The position numbers and the translations under genes are program-made. Positions 14,100 through 26,494 of a stretch of DNA of 64,000 nucleotides are shown one piece after another. This stretch comes from the human T2T-CHM13v2.0 reference genome, Homo sapiens, in assembly GCA_009914755.4 (NCBI GenBank), contig CP068257.2, positions 25,216,001-25,280,000 on the forward strand. Reading direction: 5' to 3'. How positions within the stretch are numbered: position 1 is the first letter of the stretch; the number at the start of each line of letters is the position of its first letter. The notes beneath the pieces are model-generated. The model searched no databases. It was not told the origin of the DNA and worked only from the letters and a program-made list of their open reading frames with translations.

Positions 14100-14900
14100 T
14101 GTATTTCAGTGTAGGGTCCAGCCCTACAGGGCCTGTGGGTTTTTCTCTTCATGTGCGGAGAGGAGAGATCATAGAAATAAACACACAAGACAAAGAGATA
14201 GAAGAAAAGACAGTTGGGACCAGGGGACCACTACCACCAAGGCGTGGAGACCGGTAGTGGCTCCGAATGCCTGGCTGCGCTGTTATTTATTGCATACAAG
14301 GCAAGAAGGCAGGGTAAGGAGTGTGAGTCATCTCCAATGAGAGGTGAGATCACACGAGTCAGGTGTCCATTGGACTGGGGACACTTCCCTATTTGGTAGC
14401 CGAGGCAGAGAGAGACAGGGGACAGCTTATGTCATTATTTCTTCTATGTATTTCTTGGAGAGATCAAAGACTTTAATACTTTGACTAATTCTGCTACTGC
14501 TATCTAGAAGTTGGAGCCAGGTGTACATGTCGGAGCATGAAAGTGGACCAGGAGCATGACCGCTGAAGCACAGCATCACAGGGAAACGTTTAGGCCTCTG
14601 GATGGCTGTGGGCGGGCGGGCCTGACTGATGTCAGGCCTTCCACAAGAGGTGGTGGAGCAGAGCCTTCTCTGACTCCCCTGGGGAAAGGGAGACTCCCTT
14701 TCCCGATCTGCTAAGTAACAGGTGCCTTCCCAGGCACTGGTGCTACCACTAGACCAAGGTCTGCTAAATATACTTACGGGTGACTTCCCAGACACTGGTG
14801 GGAAGTCCTCTAGTGGCCCTGTCCGGGCGAGACAGAGGGCTCACACTCCTGTCTTCTGGTCACTTCTCACCGTGTCCCTTCAGCTCCTATCTCTGTATGG
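14100..14900 (+). repeat. LTR-like interspersed repeat of unknown family, possibly a solo ERV LTR.
   Basis: It begins TGTGCGGAGAGGAGAGATCATAGAAATAAACAC. The composition is GC-richer than the flanks, with CCAAT-like and TATTTATT motifs. I do not recognise the family. Confidence 0.25.
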
Positions 14901-15451
14901 TCTGGTTTTTCCTAGGTTATAATTGTAGAACAAAGATTATTATAAAATTGGAATAAAGAGTAATGCTACTAACTAATGATTAATAATATTCATATATAAT
15001 CATATCTATAATTTATTTCTAGTATAACTATTCTTATTGTATGTATTTTCTTTATTATACTGGAACAGCTTGTGCCTTCGGTCTCTTGCCTCGGCATCTG
15101 GGTGGCTTGCCGCCCATATTTCAGGAAGAAAGAATATTATCTTAGACAGAAGTTTTTGTCAGGGGGTCAAGCAACAACTTCATTGTCTATATAATGATTC
15201 CAGAGTGTATAAAAAGAAAGAAAAAATTAGCTCTTTATATGAAAATAGCGTAAGTTTGTTAGCAAAAGTCCCCCAAAAAATGAATGAAGAAGGAGAAGAG
15301 ATATCAGGTCATTTCATTTGTGGCATTGATAGAAAAATGTTTAGTCAAATATTAGAGCAAACATAACTGAGCCATGTACAATAAAGAATATAAATACTTT
15401 TTGACCAGGTGGTTTAACTCAGAAGTGCAACAGAGATTCAACATAAAATCA

Positions 15452-15590
15452 GGCCAGGTGCAGTGGCTCATGCCTTTGATCCCAGCATTTGGGGAGGCCA
15501 AGGTGGGAAGATCGCTTGAGGCCAGAAGTATGAGACCAGCCTGGGGCAAGATAGCAAGACTCAGTCTTTATTTAAAAAGAAAAAAGAAAA
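15452..15590 (+). mobile_element. Free Alu monomer (FLAM/FRAM-like) with an A-rich tail.
   Basis: GGCCAGGTGCAGTGGCTCATGCCTTTGATCCCAGCATTTGGGGAGGCCAAGGTGGGAAGATCGCTTGAGGCCAG...GAGACCAGCCTGGGGCAAGATAGCAAGACTCAGTCTTTATTTAAAAAGAAAAAAG. Confidence 0.7.
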
Positions 15591-15904
15591 ATCAATAAAT
15601 GCAAATAAATGCATTAATAATTTGAGGAGAAAAACTTGGCAATTGTAGGAAAAGATACCTAAAAATAGTAAGTTAAGAAAAAGAAATAAAAAGATGGCAC
15701 AAATAGAAAACAAAGCTAATCACTATGAGTAGATACATCAAAGGCAACTGTACTAAATATTCCGAAGACAAAGATTAAAGATTGTTAGATCAAAATAACA
15801 ATAATAATAATAAAGAACCACTTGTGTATACTCCTACATGGGACATAACTTTTTAAGAAGGATAAAATATAGATAGGTTGAAAATAGACACTGGAAAGGG
15901 TATA

Positions 15905-16436
15905 CGTATTAGGCTATTCTTGAGTTGCTATAAAGAAATACCTGAGACTGGGTAATTTATAAGAAAAGTGGCTTGATTGGGCTCACAGTCCTTTTATTTT
16001 TTTTTTTTTTGAGACGGAGTCTCGCTCTGTCGCCCAGTCTGGAGTGCAGTGGTGCAATCTCGGCTCACTGCAAGCTCTGCCTCGATTGGGCTCACAGTTC
16101 TACAGGAAGTATGCCACCGGCATTTGCTTCTGGGGAGACCTCAGGAAGCTTTTACTCAGGGCAGAAGGTGAAGCAGGAGCTTGCATGTCCCATGGCAAAA
16201 GCAGGAGTGAGAAAAAATTCGGGAGAGTGGGAGGAGGTGCTACATGCTCTTAAATGACCAGATCTTGTGTGAACTCAGAGTGAGAGCTCACTCATTATCA
16301 AAGGTATGGCCCAAGCCATTCATGAGGGATCTCCACCCCTATGACCCAAACACCTCCCATCAGGCCCCACCTCCAACACTGGAGATTACAGTTCAACTTG
16401 AGATTTGGGAGGGGACAAATATCTAAACTATATCAA
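15905..16436 (-). repeat. MaLR LTR of the MST/THE1 family, minus orientation, carrying a nested Alu fragment.
   Basis: ...GCTATAAAGAAATACCTGAGACTGGGTAATTTATAAGAAAAGTGGCTTGATTGGGCTCACAGTTCTACAGGAAGTATG...CCCAAACACCTCCCATCAGGCCCCACCTCCAACACTGGAGATTACAGTTCAACTTGAGATTTGGGAGGGGACAAATATCTAAACTATATCA matches the reverse complement of the MST/THE1 consensus. Confidence 0.8.
15991..16082 (-). mobile_element. 5'-truncated Alu (3' end only, about 90 bp) inserted into the MST LTR, with a 15-bp TSD GATTGGGCTCACAGT.
   Basis: TSD copies lie at about 15976-15990 and 16084-16098. Poly-T is followed by GAGACGGAGTCTCGCTCTGTCGCCCAGTCTGGAGTGCAGTGGTGCAATCTCGGCTCACTGCAAGCTCTGCCTC. Confidence 0.85.
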
Positions 16437-17361
16437 CATATACTAAAACCTTAAGCAAATATGTGTATTGTGAATGTCTTGTCCTAATCTATGCAAACTT
16501 TTTGAAATGCTACATGATATCTTCCAAAAAAACAGAAGTTTTAAGTTCTAGTGCAGTATAATTTATCAACTTTTCCTTTCAGGCTTAGTATTTTCTGAAC
16601 TTTGTTTTAGGATTTTTGCCTAATTCCAAGTTACAAAGATTCTTTCCCTTTTTTATTTAGATGTTTATAATTTTACTTCTTACATGTAGAGCAATAATCC
16701 ATTTCAAATTAATATTTGGGCATGGGAAGTGAAGTAGAGATCAAATTTTATTTTATTTTTATATAGATACATAATTGTTTCAGTACTGTTCTAGTGATCA
16801 ATTTCTGCCAAAAACCAACCAAGCAAAAACAAACAAAACTATCCCAAAACTTAGAAGTTTAAAATAAATAAAGTGAGTAAATAAAATAAAATGGGTAAAA
16901 CACTCATTTTATTTTTTTCCATGATTCTTTGGGTCAGGAATTATGGAAAGGCTCAGCAAGGTGGTTCATCTCTGCTCTATATTATCTGCTAGGATGCCTG
17001 GCTTTGAAGGATCTACTTCCACAATGGCTTCTTCCCTGTTATGTCTGGTGCCCGGGCTTCTTGGTCCCTCTCTATTTCTTAATCTCCACATGGTGTCTCA
17101 TCCACTAGGGCTTCTCAATGTGGCTTGGGATTTTCACAGAACAGTGACCTCAGAGTAGTTGAACTTTTTACATAGCAGCTCATGGTTTCAAGAGACCAAG
17201 GTGGAAACTACCAGCCCACTTATGACAAGGTCCAGAAATAGCATTATAACCAATTCTACCATGCTATGTTGGTGAAAACAGTTACAAAACAGCTCAGATT
17301 CAAGGGAAGGGAAACTGACCACATCTCAATGGAAAAAAATGTGAACAAATTTATGGCCATC

Positions 17362-17612
17362 TTTTTTTTATTATTATGCTTTAAGTACTGGGGTACATGT
17401 GCAGAACGTGCAGGTTTGTTACATAGGTATACATGTGCCATGGTGGTTTGCTGCACCCATCAACCTGTCGTCCACATTAGGTATTTCTCGTAATGCTATC
17501 CCTCCCCTAGCCCCCCACCCCACAACAGGCCCCGGTGTATGATGCTTCCCTCCCTGTGTCCATGTGTTCTCATTGTTCACCTCCCACTTATGAGTGAGAA
17601 CATGTGTTCTTT
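17362..17612 (-). mobile_element. L1 (L1PA-like) extreme 3' end fragment, heavily 5'-truncated, minus orientation.
   Basis: TTTTTTTATTATTATGCTTTAAGTACTGGGGTACATGTGCAGAACGTGCAGGTTTGTTACATAGGTATACATGTGCCATGGTGG...CCCTCCCCTAGCCCCCCACCCCACAACAGGCCCCGGTGT...TGAGTGAGAACATGTG matches the reverse complement of the L1 3' UTR. Confidence 0.85.
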
Positions 17613-18254
17613 AATTGGCCACAGCATCATATAGAGAGGACCATTCTTTCCCCCATTAAACTGCATCATAGTTATCATAATTTAAAGAAATATTGGCCTA
17701 TGAATCTATTTCTAAACTGTTTCATAAAATTAAACATGTACTTACCATAGGACCTAGTAATCCTACACCTCAGTATTTACACAATATAAATGAAAAGCTA
17801 TATTAACATAGAAACCCACCCCATGAATATTTACAGCAGCTTTATGCATAATTATCCAAAACTGGAAATGATTCTAATGTTCTTTCATCAGTGAATGGAT
17901 AAAGAAACTGTAGTGTAGTGATACAGTGAAACTTATTTAGCAAATAAAGGAAATAACTATTAATTTACACAACAACATAGATGAATCTTAAATACATTTT
18001 GCTAAGCAGAGGAAACCAAATTCAAAATGTCATATATTGCTTGATTCCATTCATAAAGTATTATATAAAAAGCAAAATTATAGGATGTGTATTTGTCAGG
18101 GTTCTACCAAGAAACAGAAGCAATAACATACGTATAGAGATATATAAGAGATTTCTTACAGGAACTGGCTCATGCGAGTTTGGAGGCTGAAAACTACCTT
18201 AGTATTCTATCTGTGAGCTGGAGACTAGAAAGCCAGTGGTGTAATTCAGCCAGA

Positions 18255-18568
18255 ATCCAAAGACCCAAGAACCAGGGGAGTTGAGAACAGGGAGGGGGGT
18301 TCCACTGGTGAGAACTGAATGTTCCACCTCTAAAAGAGAGAGAGAGAAAATTCGCTTTTCTTCTCCATTTTTGTTCTATCTAAGCCCTCAGCTGATTGGA
18401 TGGATGCCGGCCCACATGGGTAAGGGTGGATCTTCTTTACTGGGTCCACTGATTCAAATGACAATCTCCTCTACAAACACCCTCACTAACACACCCAGAA
18501 ATAATGTTTCATCACGGAAATGTCTGGGCATCCCTCAACCCAGTCACGTTCACACATAAAATTAACCA
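18255..18568 (-). repeat. Ancient mammalian LTR of the same family as 10440-10757, minus orientation.
   Basis: It ends ...CACATAAAATTAACCAG. ORF 18281-18559 shares the residue string TLTNTPRNN with the copies at 10.4 kb and 33.8 kb. Confidence 0.5.
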
Positions 18569-19007
18569 GTGCGGGATGAAAAAGAAGTCTAGTTGCTAGG
18601 TGTTGGGGTGAGGGGAGATGTTGACAGCAAAATGTCATCATAAAGGAATTTGGGGGCTGATGAAACTTTTCAAATCACAACTATAGTGGTAGGCCCATGA
18701 CTCCATTCATTTTTCAAAACCAATAAAACTGTATACCACAAAGAATGGGTAAGTTAAAGCTAAATTCAAAAAGAGCATCACATAAATACTGCATTGCAGT
18801 TAGTAGCTTTGTTTCTTATAGAGATATGGGTTAGTTATTCTGAAACTAATTTATGTGGACACCATGGTTGAAAACACAAGTAGATATATGTAGAAAATAA
18901 AAGCCAGGTTTCTTTCTTATTGTTTGAGAATAAAAGTTTCAAATAAGTAAAGGAGGAAGGTTAGAATGAACTCCGTGCTGCTAGACTGGAGTTGGAAATA
19001 TCTGTAT

Positions 19008-19009
19008 AA

Positions 19010-19054
<45 letters not shown>

Positions 19055-19075
19055 CGCACGCACGCACAGAAATAA
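19008..19075. repeat. Compound microsatellite (GT)n, (GC)5, (GCAC)3.
   Basis: The GT repeat is about 22 units long (GTGTGT...GTGT), followed by GCGCGCGCGCACGCACGCACAG. Confidence 0.95.
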
Positions 19076-21882
19076 ATATATAATGTGTATGTACATATGT
19101 ATGAGGTAGTATACATACACATTTCTTCACACTCTGTCTGCTGAAAGGGTTTAAAAGCAATGACAATCCCGTAGCAATAAGAACACTTGAAGCCCAGATT
19201 TTGATTTTCAAGTAACATTCTCCAAAGAAAGAAACCACGCTCCTTGGTAAAGAGGTTGCTTGGACAAGGAAAATATAGGACGTGCTTGAAATATCTTGTG
19301 GTACCAGAAAGTAAAGTAGTTATAACTATAAATTACTTGTGTTAAACATAATTTTTGGCAAGCAAAAGTATACTGCAGAATACTTGCAGTATCATTCTAT
19401 TTGTGTGACGTCTACAAATACCCCAAAGTAGACATATTGTTAAAGGATGCAAACATACATGGTGATAATCTAAAGAAAATCGACGACATGCAATTCAGAA
19501 TGCTATTTTTCTTCTTTGCTAAAAACAAAAACACTGTGGAACTTTCAACGGCTTAATGGCTTCCCCAGTCAGAAAGACTTTCACTTCCTTTATCTCACAT
19601 ATATCTTTGTATTGTTACAATTGCTTCCATCTGTTTGGGGTTCAGTAGATCTAGTGATTGCATCCTCTGGATAGTAGCCAAGCTTAAAATTGAAGATTGA
19701 TTTTAGCTTTCTTTCGCTAGGGTAAATGATTTTATATCTTAATGCTCGTGTTCTCTAATCATTTAACCCTATTTGCATTATTTCTTTGGTCTGCTCTGAG
19801 TTTTCTTCACGTTTTGGCTGGCAAACCTTGATGTAATGCTGTGGAATTGACTACTCCTAAACATAATGAGTGGATGGCCTCTTAATTCCTTCATGCTGTG
19901 CACTCTATGATATCAGTGAGCAAATCCAAAATATATTGGCTCTAAATGCAATTTCCAAAAAGGCTTTAATAAGATAGATTTCTATTCCACAATTCCTCAG
20001 AAAAATACCCAAGCCTTGAGTGGTTAAAATTATCTGTCCCCTCTCTTTAGTTTTTAGGTATTTGAGAGTAGCATCTCTATCTATGCAAATAGTCCATTTA
20101 TCTAACCCAGATAGTTTTTAGTCATAGAAATACTTCTATAAACAGTATAAATAATACTATAATGAATATATGAAAATATAAATTTTACTTTCTCCGATTA
20201 TGTGTGGAATTTATTATTTCAATATTTTCATATAATTTAATGCTTACACAATACACTAAATGTAAACAAATGCACCATGAGAGCAAGATGAAAAGAATAA
20301 TTATACTAGAAGTTACAAAACCATTAGATACAATTCAAAGTTTTCTCTAAGTTTCATACAACCTCTTGGCAAATAAATGTATTAGATTTATTCTTACATC
20401 ACATATTTTAATAATAAGTAATATTTATTATATTAATTATACTTATTTATCCAAAATAAATGTAAACATGTTTTCAGAAAAAATTGATCTAACTAAATGC
20501 AATGTGGTATCCTGTATTAACTTCTGAAACAGAAAAAGAATTAGAGGAAAAACTGGTGAAACCAGAGTAAAGTCTGCAGTTTAATTTATCAATGTATTGA
20601 TGTTAATCTTTTAGTTTTGACAATTAAGCCATGGTTGTGTAAGAGGGTTACATTAGGGAAATCAGACTGAAGAGTACATGGAGCCTCTATGTTCTTTGCA
20701 ACTAAAGCGATTCAAAATAAAAAGTTTATTTAAAAATACTGTATGTTATTTTTAAGTAAACATTTTATTTCATTTAATTAATGTGTATCTTAAATCTTTT
20801 GACATTTTTTACTTAAGAGAATAACTTGCATAAGAATCTAAAAATGTAGTTTCTAGGCCAATTATGTAAAATTATAGATTAAAATTAATGGTGGCCTTTA
20901 TTTAGAATTTTTCTATCACGTAAACTTATATAAGGTAATAACACACATTTTTGTTTTGAACTAATGCTTTGAAACTGTATTTCCTGGAAATTGGGTGACA
21001 TTAATTGTCATTTTGTAATTAGAAGTTATATAACTTAAATGCTTTTGTTTGTGCAGTATAGAATATATAATTGCTTGTAGAAAATATAATTCTATCTTTT
21101 ATGAACAATATTTCTTTTGGATGAATTCAGTTATATATTTGGTATAAAAGTCCTTAAGTACCAAATAGACCTTCTATTGCATACATTTTCTGTTAGGAGC
21201 CAAATGAGCAGTACAGATAACTATTGACATTCTTCAGGAGTTTAAAATATAAATATGTACAAGACAAAAGTAGTACACAATTTTAGTGTGAAGTCTAATG
21301 TGGAAGTCAGACCAATGAACTTGGGGGAAAGCCTCAACTCATTTCTGAGGCTGCATTTCCCAGTTTGTGAAAGAAGAAAAACCAAATATATTGTACTTCT
21401 TAAATATGCTATGAAGACAAATCCGTGTGGGTATTTAAGTGATTCTGGAGGATTCTATTTAGGTATAAACAACAAATTAACTAATTTGCTGCATTTTGTG
21501 GACAACAAACAAATAGTACTTTATTATGGATGCTGCATGTTTTCCCCATTATTGGAAGTGATGGTTTCTCGATATACTAACAAAATAGAGAAGGCAATAA
21601 GATTTGCACGCTTTACATATGCGTTTATTTTTCAATTAATAGCTGATGTTTAAAGCTAATAATGACTCTGAGAAGTACAGTTTTTCCTGTTTGTGGACAT
21701 TTATGTTGATTCCCAAACAGAACTGGCTTCCACTATATGGAGAGCAATCGCACAACATTGATTGGCTTTAAATTATTGTCAATGTACACACACTAAAGTG
21801 GGCACAGTATACTTTCAGAGGATACAACCTTTAAAACAAATTTGTGTTTCATCATACCATGTGGCAGACAGTAAATAATCTT

Positions 21883-22190
21883 TTTTTTTTTTTTTTTTTT
21901 TTTGAGACGGAGTCTTGCCCTGTCACCCAGGCTGGAGTACAATGGTGAGATCTTGGCTCACAGCAACTTTTGCCTCCCAGGTTAAAGCGAATCTCCTGTC
22001 TCAGCCTCCCGAGTAGCTGGGATTACAGGCATGTGCCACCACACCCAGCTAATTTTTTTTTTGTATCTTTAGTAGAGATGGGGTTTCACCGTGTTGGCCA
22101 GGCTGGTCTCAAACTTCCGACCTCAGGCTATCTGCCCGCCTCGGCCTCCCAAAGGGCTGGGATTACAGGTGTCAGCCACCACGCCCAGCC
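21883..22190 (-). mobile_element. Alu (full-length), minus orientation, with 13-bp TSD AGTAAATAATCTT.
   Basis: The TSD lies at 21870-21882 and 22191-22203. A long poly-T is followed by GAGACGGAGTCTTGCCCTGTCACCCAGGCTGGAGTACAATGG and continues to CCACGCCCAGCC. Confidence 0.9.
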
Positions 22191-23367
22191 AGTAAATAAT
22201 CTTAAAGCTTAAATAAACTCAGTGAACATGTTGTAGTATTGTGTGGAATGTATTCATTTATATCATTGATGAATTCTAGATTTGTACAGCTTCTTTTCTC
22301 CAGTTACTCCTTTCTCACACTGAAGCAGAATTTCTCAAAATGGGTGGGTTCAGGAGGGAAGCACTGAACCACTGGTGAACCATGGGGTGAAGTCAGTGCG
22401 TGGGTTCAGAAGGAAGCATAGGTACCATTTCTCAAAAAGTATCCTTGCCTTTGGTGGATTACTATCTGTAATTCACTGTCATAAATTCTTAAGTACATGA
22501 CCAGAGTGGTTTTGCTTCAGTAAGACAACCTGACTTCTACATGGTAAACTCCTGCTAACCCAGCTCTTCAATCAGACCCAGTGGGCTTCATAAGCTTTCT
22601 CTTGAGAATCTTTAGCCATGGCTCTGTCTGATTACAAGTCTTCTTGCCGGCTATCTCAACATGTTCAATACATTATTTTCTCTGTTTATCTTGCATTCGC
22701 TCTCATTGTCTTTTGCTTTACCTCTCCATTGGCCTTAGCTATGACCCGTGAAATCTTGGAAGGCTCTTCCACCCCACTCTTGTCTGATGCTAGCTGCAGC
22801 AACCACCTCTTTCCTGGAATCCTTGAATTAACCCCTTTCATTTTGACACTTGTGCCACATCCAACAAGATTTAAGATAATTTGGAAAAGCAAACATAACA
22901 AAAGGCAGAGCAATTTGGAATGAAAACAAAAACAGAACAGAGGTCACCAGCAAAGAGTAAAAAGAGTAAACATGACCAAATACCTGAGATTATTTAATTA
23001 TCATAATTGGGCATGAAGTTTGATTTGCCTGGAAGCAAAGACATTTTTTAGTTACAAAATTTAAATGATACCAATTCACTTAACTTTTTTTTTTTTGCAT
23101 GTAAAAGAGGTGCTCTCATAAGGTACATTAAAAATCAATGAAAAACTACTATGGTTTTACCAAAAATAGCTCTAAAATTGTGTTTAAAGAGATGATGTTT
23201 TTACTGACCCAAGAGCTGAATATTATATTATAAATTTATAAAATATTTCTTATGGATACTGTATTAATATTTTTTAGATTTCCTATTGTTCAATGATCTA
23301 CTTAATTATGGGAATGGGACTTTGAGAATCTAGGTGAATGGGTGGATAATATGCCAAATAGGCTCTT

Positions 23368-23946
23368 CAATGAATGACCTGTCAATGGTAGATCCTGGGT
23401 GACAGTCAATAATATTTTCCATTTCTAACCTAAAGCACAAAGATCCTTGTTGTTGGTCAAATTCAGAACTATAGTTTTAAAAACCCCAGATGTTAGTGTA
23501 AGTAATTTTATTATTTTGCTGTAGAATTTTGAGAGCAGATTTTATACTTCACCTGAATTTCAAGCCACTTTTTCGAGATACGAGTAAGCAAAGCAGAGGA
23601 CATTTGTTAGAGCTAATATATATATTTTTTCAGAATGTGTAAATGTAATTGATGGAGTTAGATTGATGAGACCTAGGTTTGGCTTGAGCTCCACTGCTTG
23701 CAAATCATGCGGCATTAGAAAAGCAATTCAATCTTTTCTGGTTGTGTCAATCAATGACATAGATCCTCTAAGCAACCGTGGGAGCATTAAGTTTTTTAAA
23801 AGGGAAACAGTAGGTATAATTCAAAGTCAAACTTTACATGAATGTAAGTGCTGGGGTTTATATTGAGGTTGGAGAATATAATGGATGAGATTGGTGGGGG
23901 TTGAATCCCACGATTCAAAAAACTCAAGGAAACTTCACAGCTTCTG
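23368..23946 (+). repeat. Local low-copy duplicated block, copy A, made of segment X (23368-23689) and segment Y (23690-23946).
   Basis: About 90% identical to 24524-24848 (X') in direct orientation. Y is the reverse complement of 24849-25100. Confidence 0.8.
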
Positions 23947-24523
23947 CTTTATTACAGAAGACAAGTGAAAAGTGTCTCTATCTAAATAAACTGTGCAGTT
24001 AATGTGGACAACTAAGAGCATAAACTTAATATGCTAAAGTTCAATTAAAACACACACTGAATTTCCAGCGTTTCAATTTTAATGTTATGTAATAACAAGA
24101 CCACCCAAAAGGTGGCACTAAAAAGCAGATATGTGACCTCCCTCAAGTAAGTAGAATTTGGTGAGATAAAAGAAATGGTAGAGAAGCTTTAGTCTTCTTT
24201 TAGGTTTAAATACTTAAATTGCTTCTTAGTAACTTGTAAATATTAAGCTGTCGATATTTTGAAGAAAAGCTGCTATTTTCAATCCAACTTAAAGCATTTG
24301 AAATTCATTTGTCTTGCAGCTATGTATATTTAATTTAATATCTTTCAGCCTACCAAACTAGTGATCTTTTTTTGTGTGTAATCATCAGAGACATTGGCAT
24401 ATGCGGGCTAATCTGATTTTCTTTGGAGTCATGCTTGTACCATAAGTTTTGAATGAACAGATGCCCTTATCTGAATCCAACTTCACACTACTGTGTGCCT
24501 CAGGGTTACAGAAAATAGACTGT

Positions 24524-25100
24524 TTAATGAATGACCTGTCAATGGCAGATCCTGGGTGACAGTCAATAATATTTTCCATTTCTAACCTAAAGCAGAGAGA
24601 TCCTTATTGTTGGTCAAATTCAAAACTGTGGTTTTGAAAACACGAGACGTTAGTGTAAGTGGGTAATTTTGCTATTTTGTTGTGGGATTTTGAGAGCACA
24701 TTCTGTACCTCACCTAGAATTCAAGCCGCTTTATCAAGATGGTAAGTAAGCAAAGCAGAGGACATTTATTAGAGCTATTTTTTTTTCAGAATGGGTAAAT
24801 GTAATTTGATGGAATTAGAATTATGAGACCTAAGTTTGATTTGAATAGAAGCTGTGAAGTTTCCTTATTAGAGTTTTTTGAATCATGGGATTCAACTCCT
24901 GCCAACCATATCCATTATATCCCCTCCCCCACTATAAATCCCAGCACTTACATTCATATTGACTTTGAATTATACCTACTCTTTCCCTTTTAAAACACTT
25001 AAAAATCAGTAGGCTCCTATGGCTGCTTAGAGGACCTATATCATTGATTGACACAACCAGAAAAAATTAAACTACTTTTCTAATGCCTTAGCATTTTCTA
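24524..25100 (+). repeat. Local duplicated block, copy B, made of X' in direct orientation and Y in inverted orientation.
   Basis: X' begins AATGAATGACCTGTCAATGG(C/T)AGATCCTGGGTGACAGTCAATAATATTTTCCATTTCTAACCTAAAGCA. From 24849 onward, AGAAGCTGTGAAGTTTCC... is the reverse complement of 23690-23946. Confidence 0.8.
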
Positions 25101-25148
25101 ATGCTAGTAGAGAATGTTATGTTCAAACCAATTTTTTTTTTTTTTTTT

Positions 25149-25600
<452 letters not shown>

Positions 25601-26494
25601 AATATAATGCATTCATATTGACATATTTTACTTCAAACTGATAGAATTTTACAGAATTTTCTATGAAAAGTTTATCAGTAGCTACACATTCTAATAATGT
25701 ATTAATATCACTGAATATCAGGTCTAAAGTAGTAGTTGTTTTATAGTAACAGTAAAAAAAGAATGCTACTATAAAGGTTAACAGTGAATATATTTCAGTA
25801 AATAAAACAATATGCTACCTTTCTGAGGTTATTTGGGAGATGCAACAAATTGTGCTCCATTTACCCATTCAGCTTCAATTAAGAAATGTAATAAATTAGT
25901 TCACGTACAGAGAATAAAATATAATCACCCTTATTACAGTCAAAATTGAAATTAGAGAATGTGTTTTGTATCTGGGAGCATGTGGACTTCTGCACCGAAG
26001 GCCTGATTTATATAGCCTTATTCACCTTGTCACAGCAGTGCTTGACTGGGCAGGCTCTACCTATGAAAACAGAAGTCACCCACAGAGAAGTAAAGTAGAA
26101 CATGGGAGCAGCTGTTTCTTAAGAGAAACAGCGAAGGAAGATGTGGGTTCCACTTGCCCAGGTCTTCCTTCTAACATCACCTGTGAGATAAGCCCCTCCC
26201 AGTTATATAAACTATTTGGAAATGAGTGAGAAAGCAAGGGAAGCTGGGAGTATGAAGGAATATTTTCCACAGAGAGGAAAACACAAGGAATAAAGAAGTA
26301 CTTCCTACCCATGCACGCATGGTCTTTCTAATGAAGGGGTTCTTGTCCATTATGAAACAGCCTTGAGTATTCCCTGATGACACAGTGCTGGAGCACAAGG
26401 GAAGTTTATCTTGCACAATGCCTGTTATTTTAGAATTCTCTCTAGGAGAATGAAAAGGCACTTGAAGCAGTGAAACAGCAAAACCAGTGCTATG

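Noticed and set aside
18917-19238. Three overlapping minus-strand ORFs rich in HTHTHT and RARA.
   Set aside because: They are translations of the (GT)n(GC)n microsatellite.
21255-21653. The 132-aa plus-strand ORF in unique AT-rich sequence.
   Set aside because: It has no recognisable domain or motif, its codon composition is AT-skewed, there are no flanking splice-site or promoter features, and an ORF of this length is expected by chance in 64 kb of AT-rich DNA.
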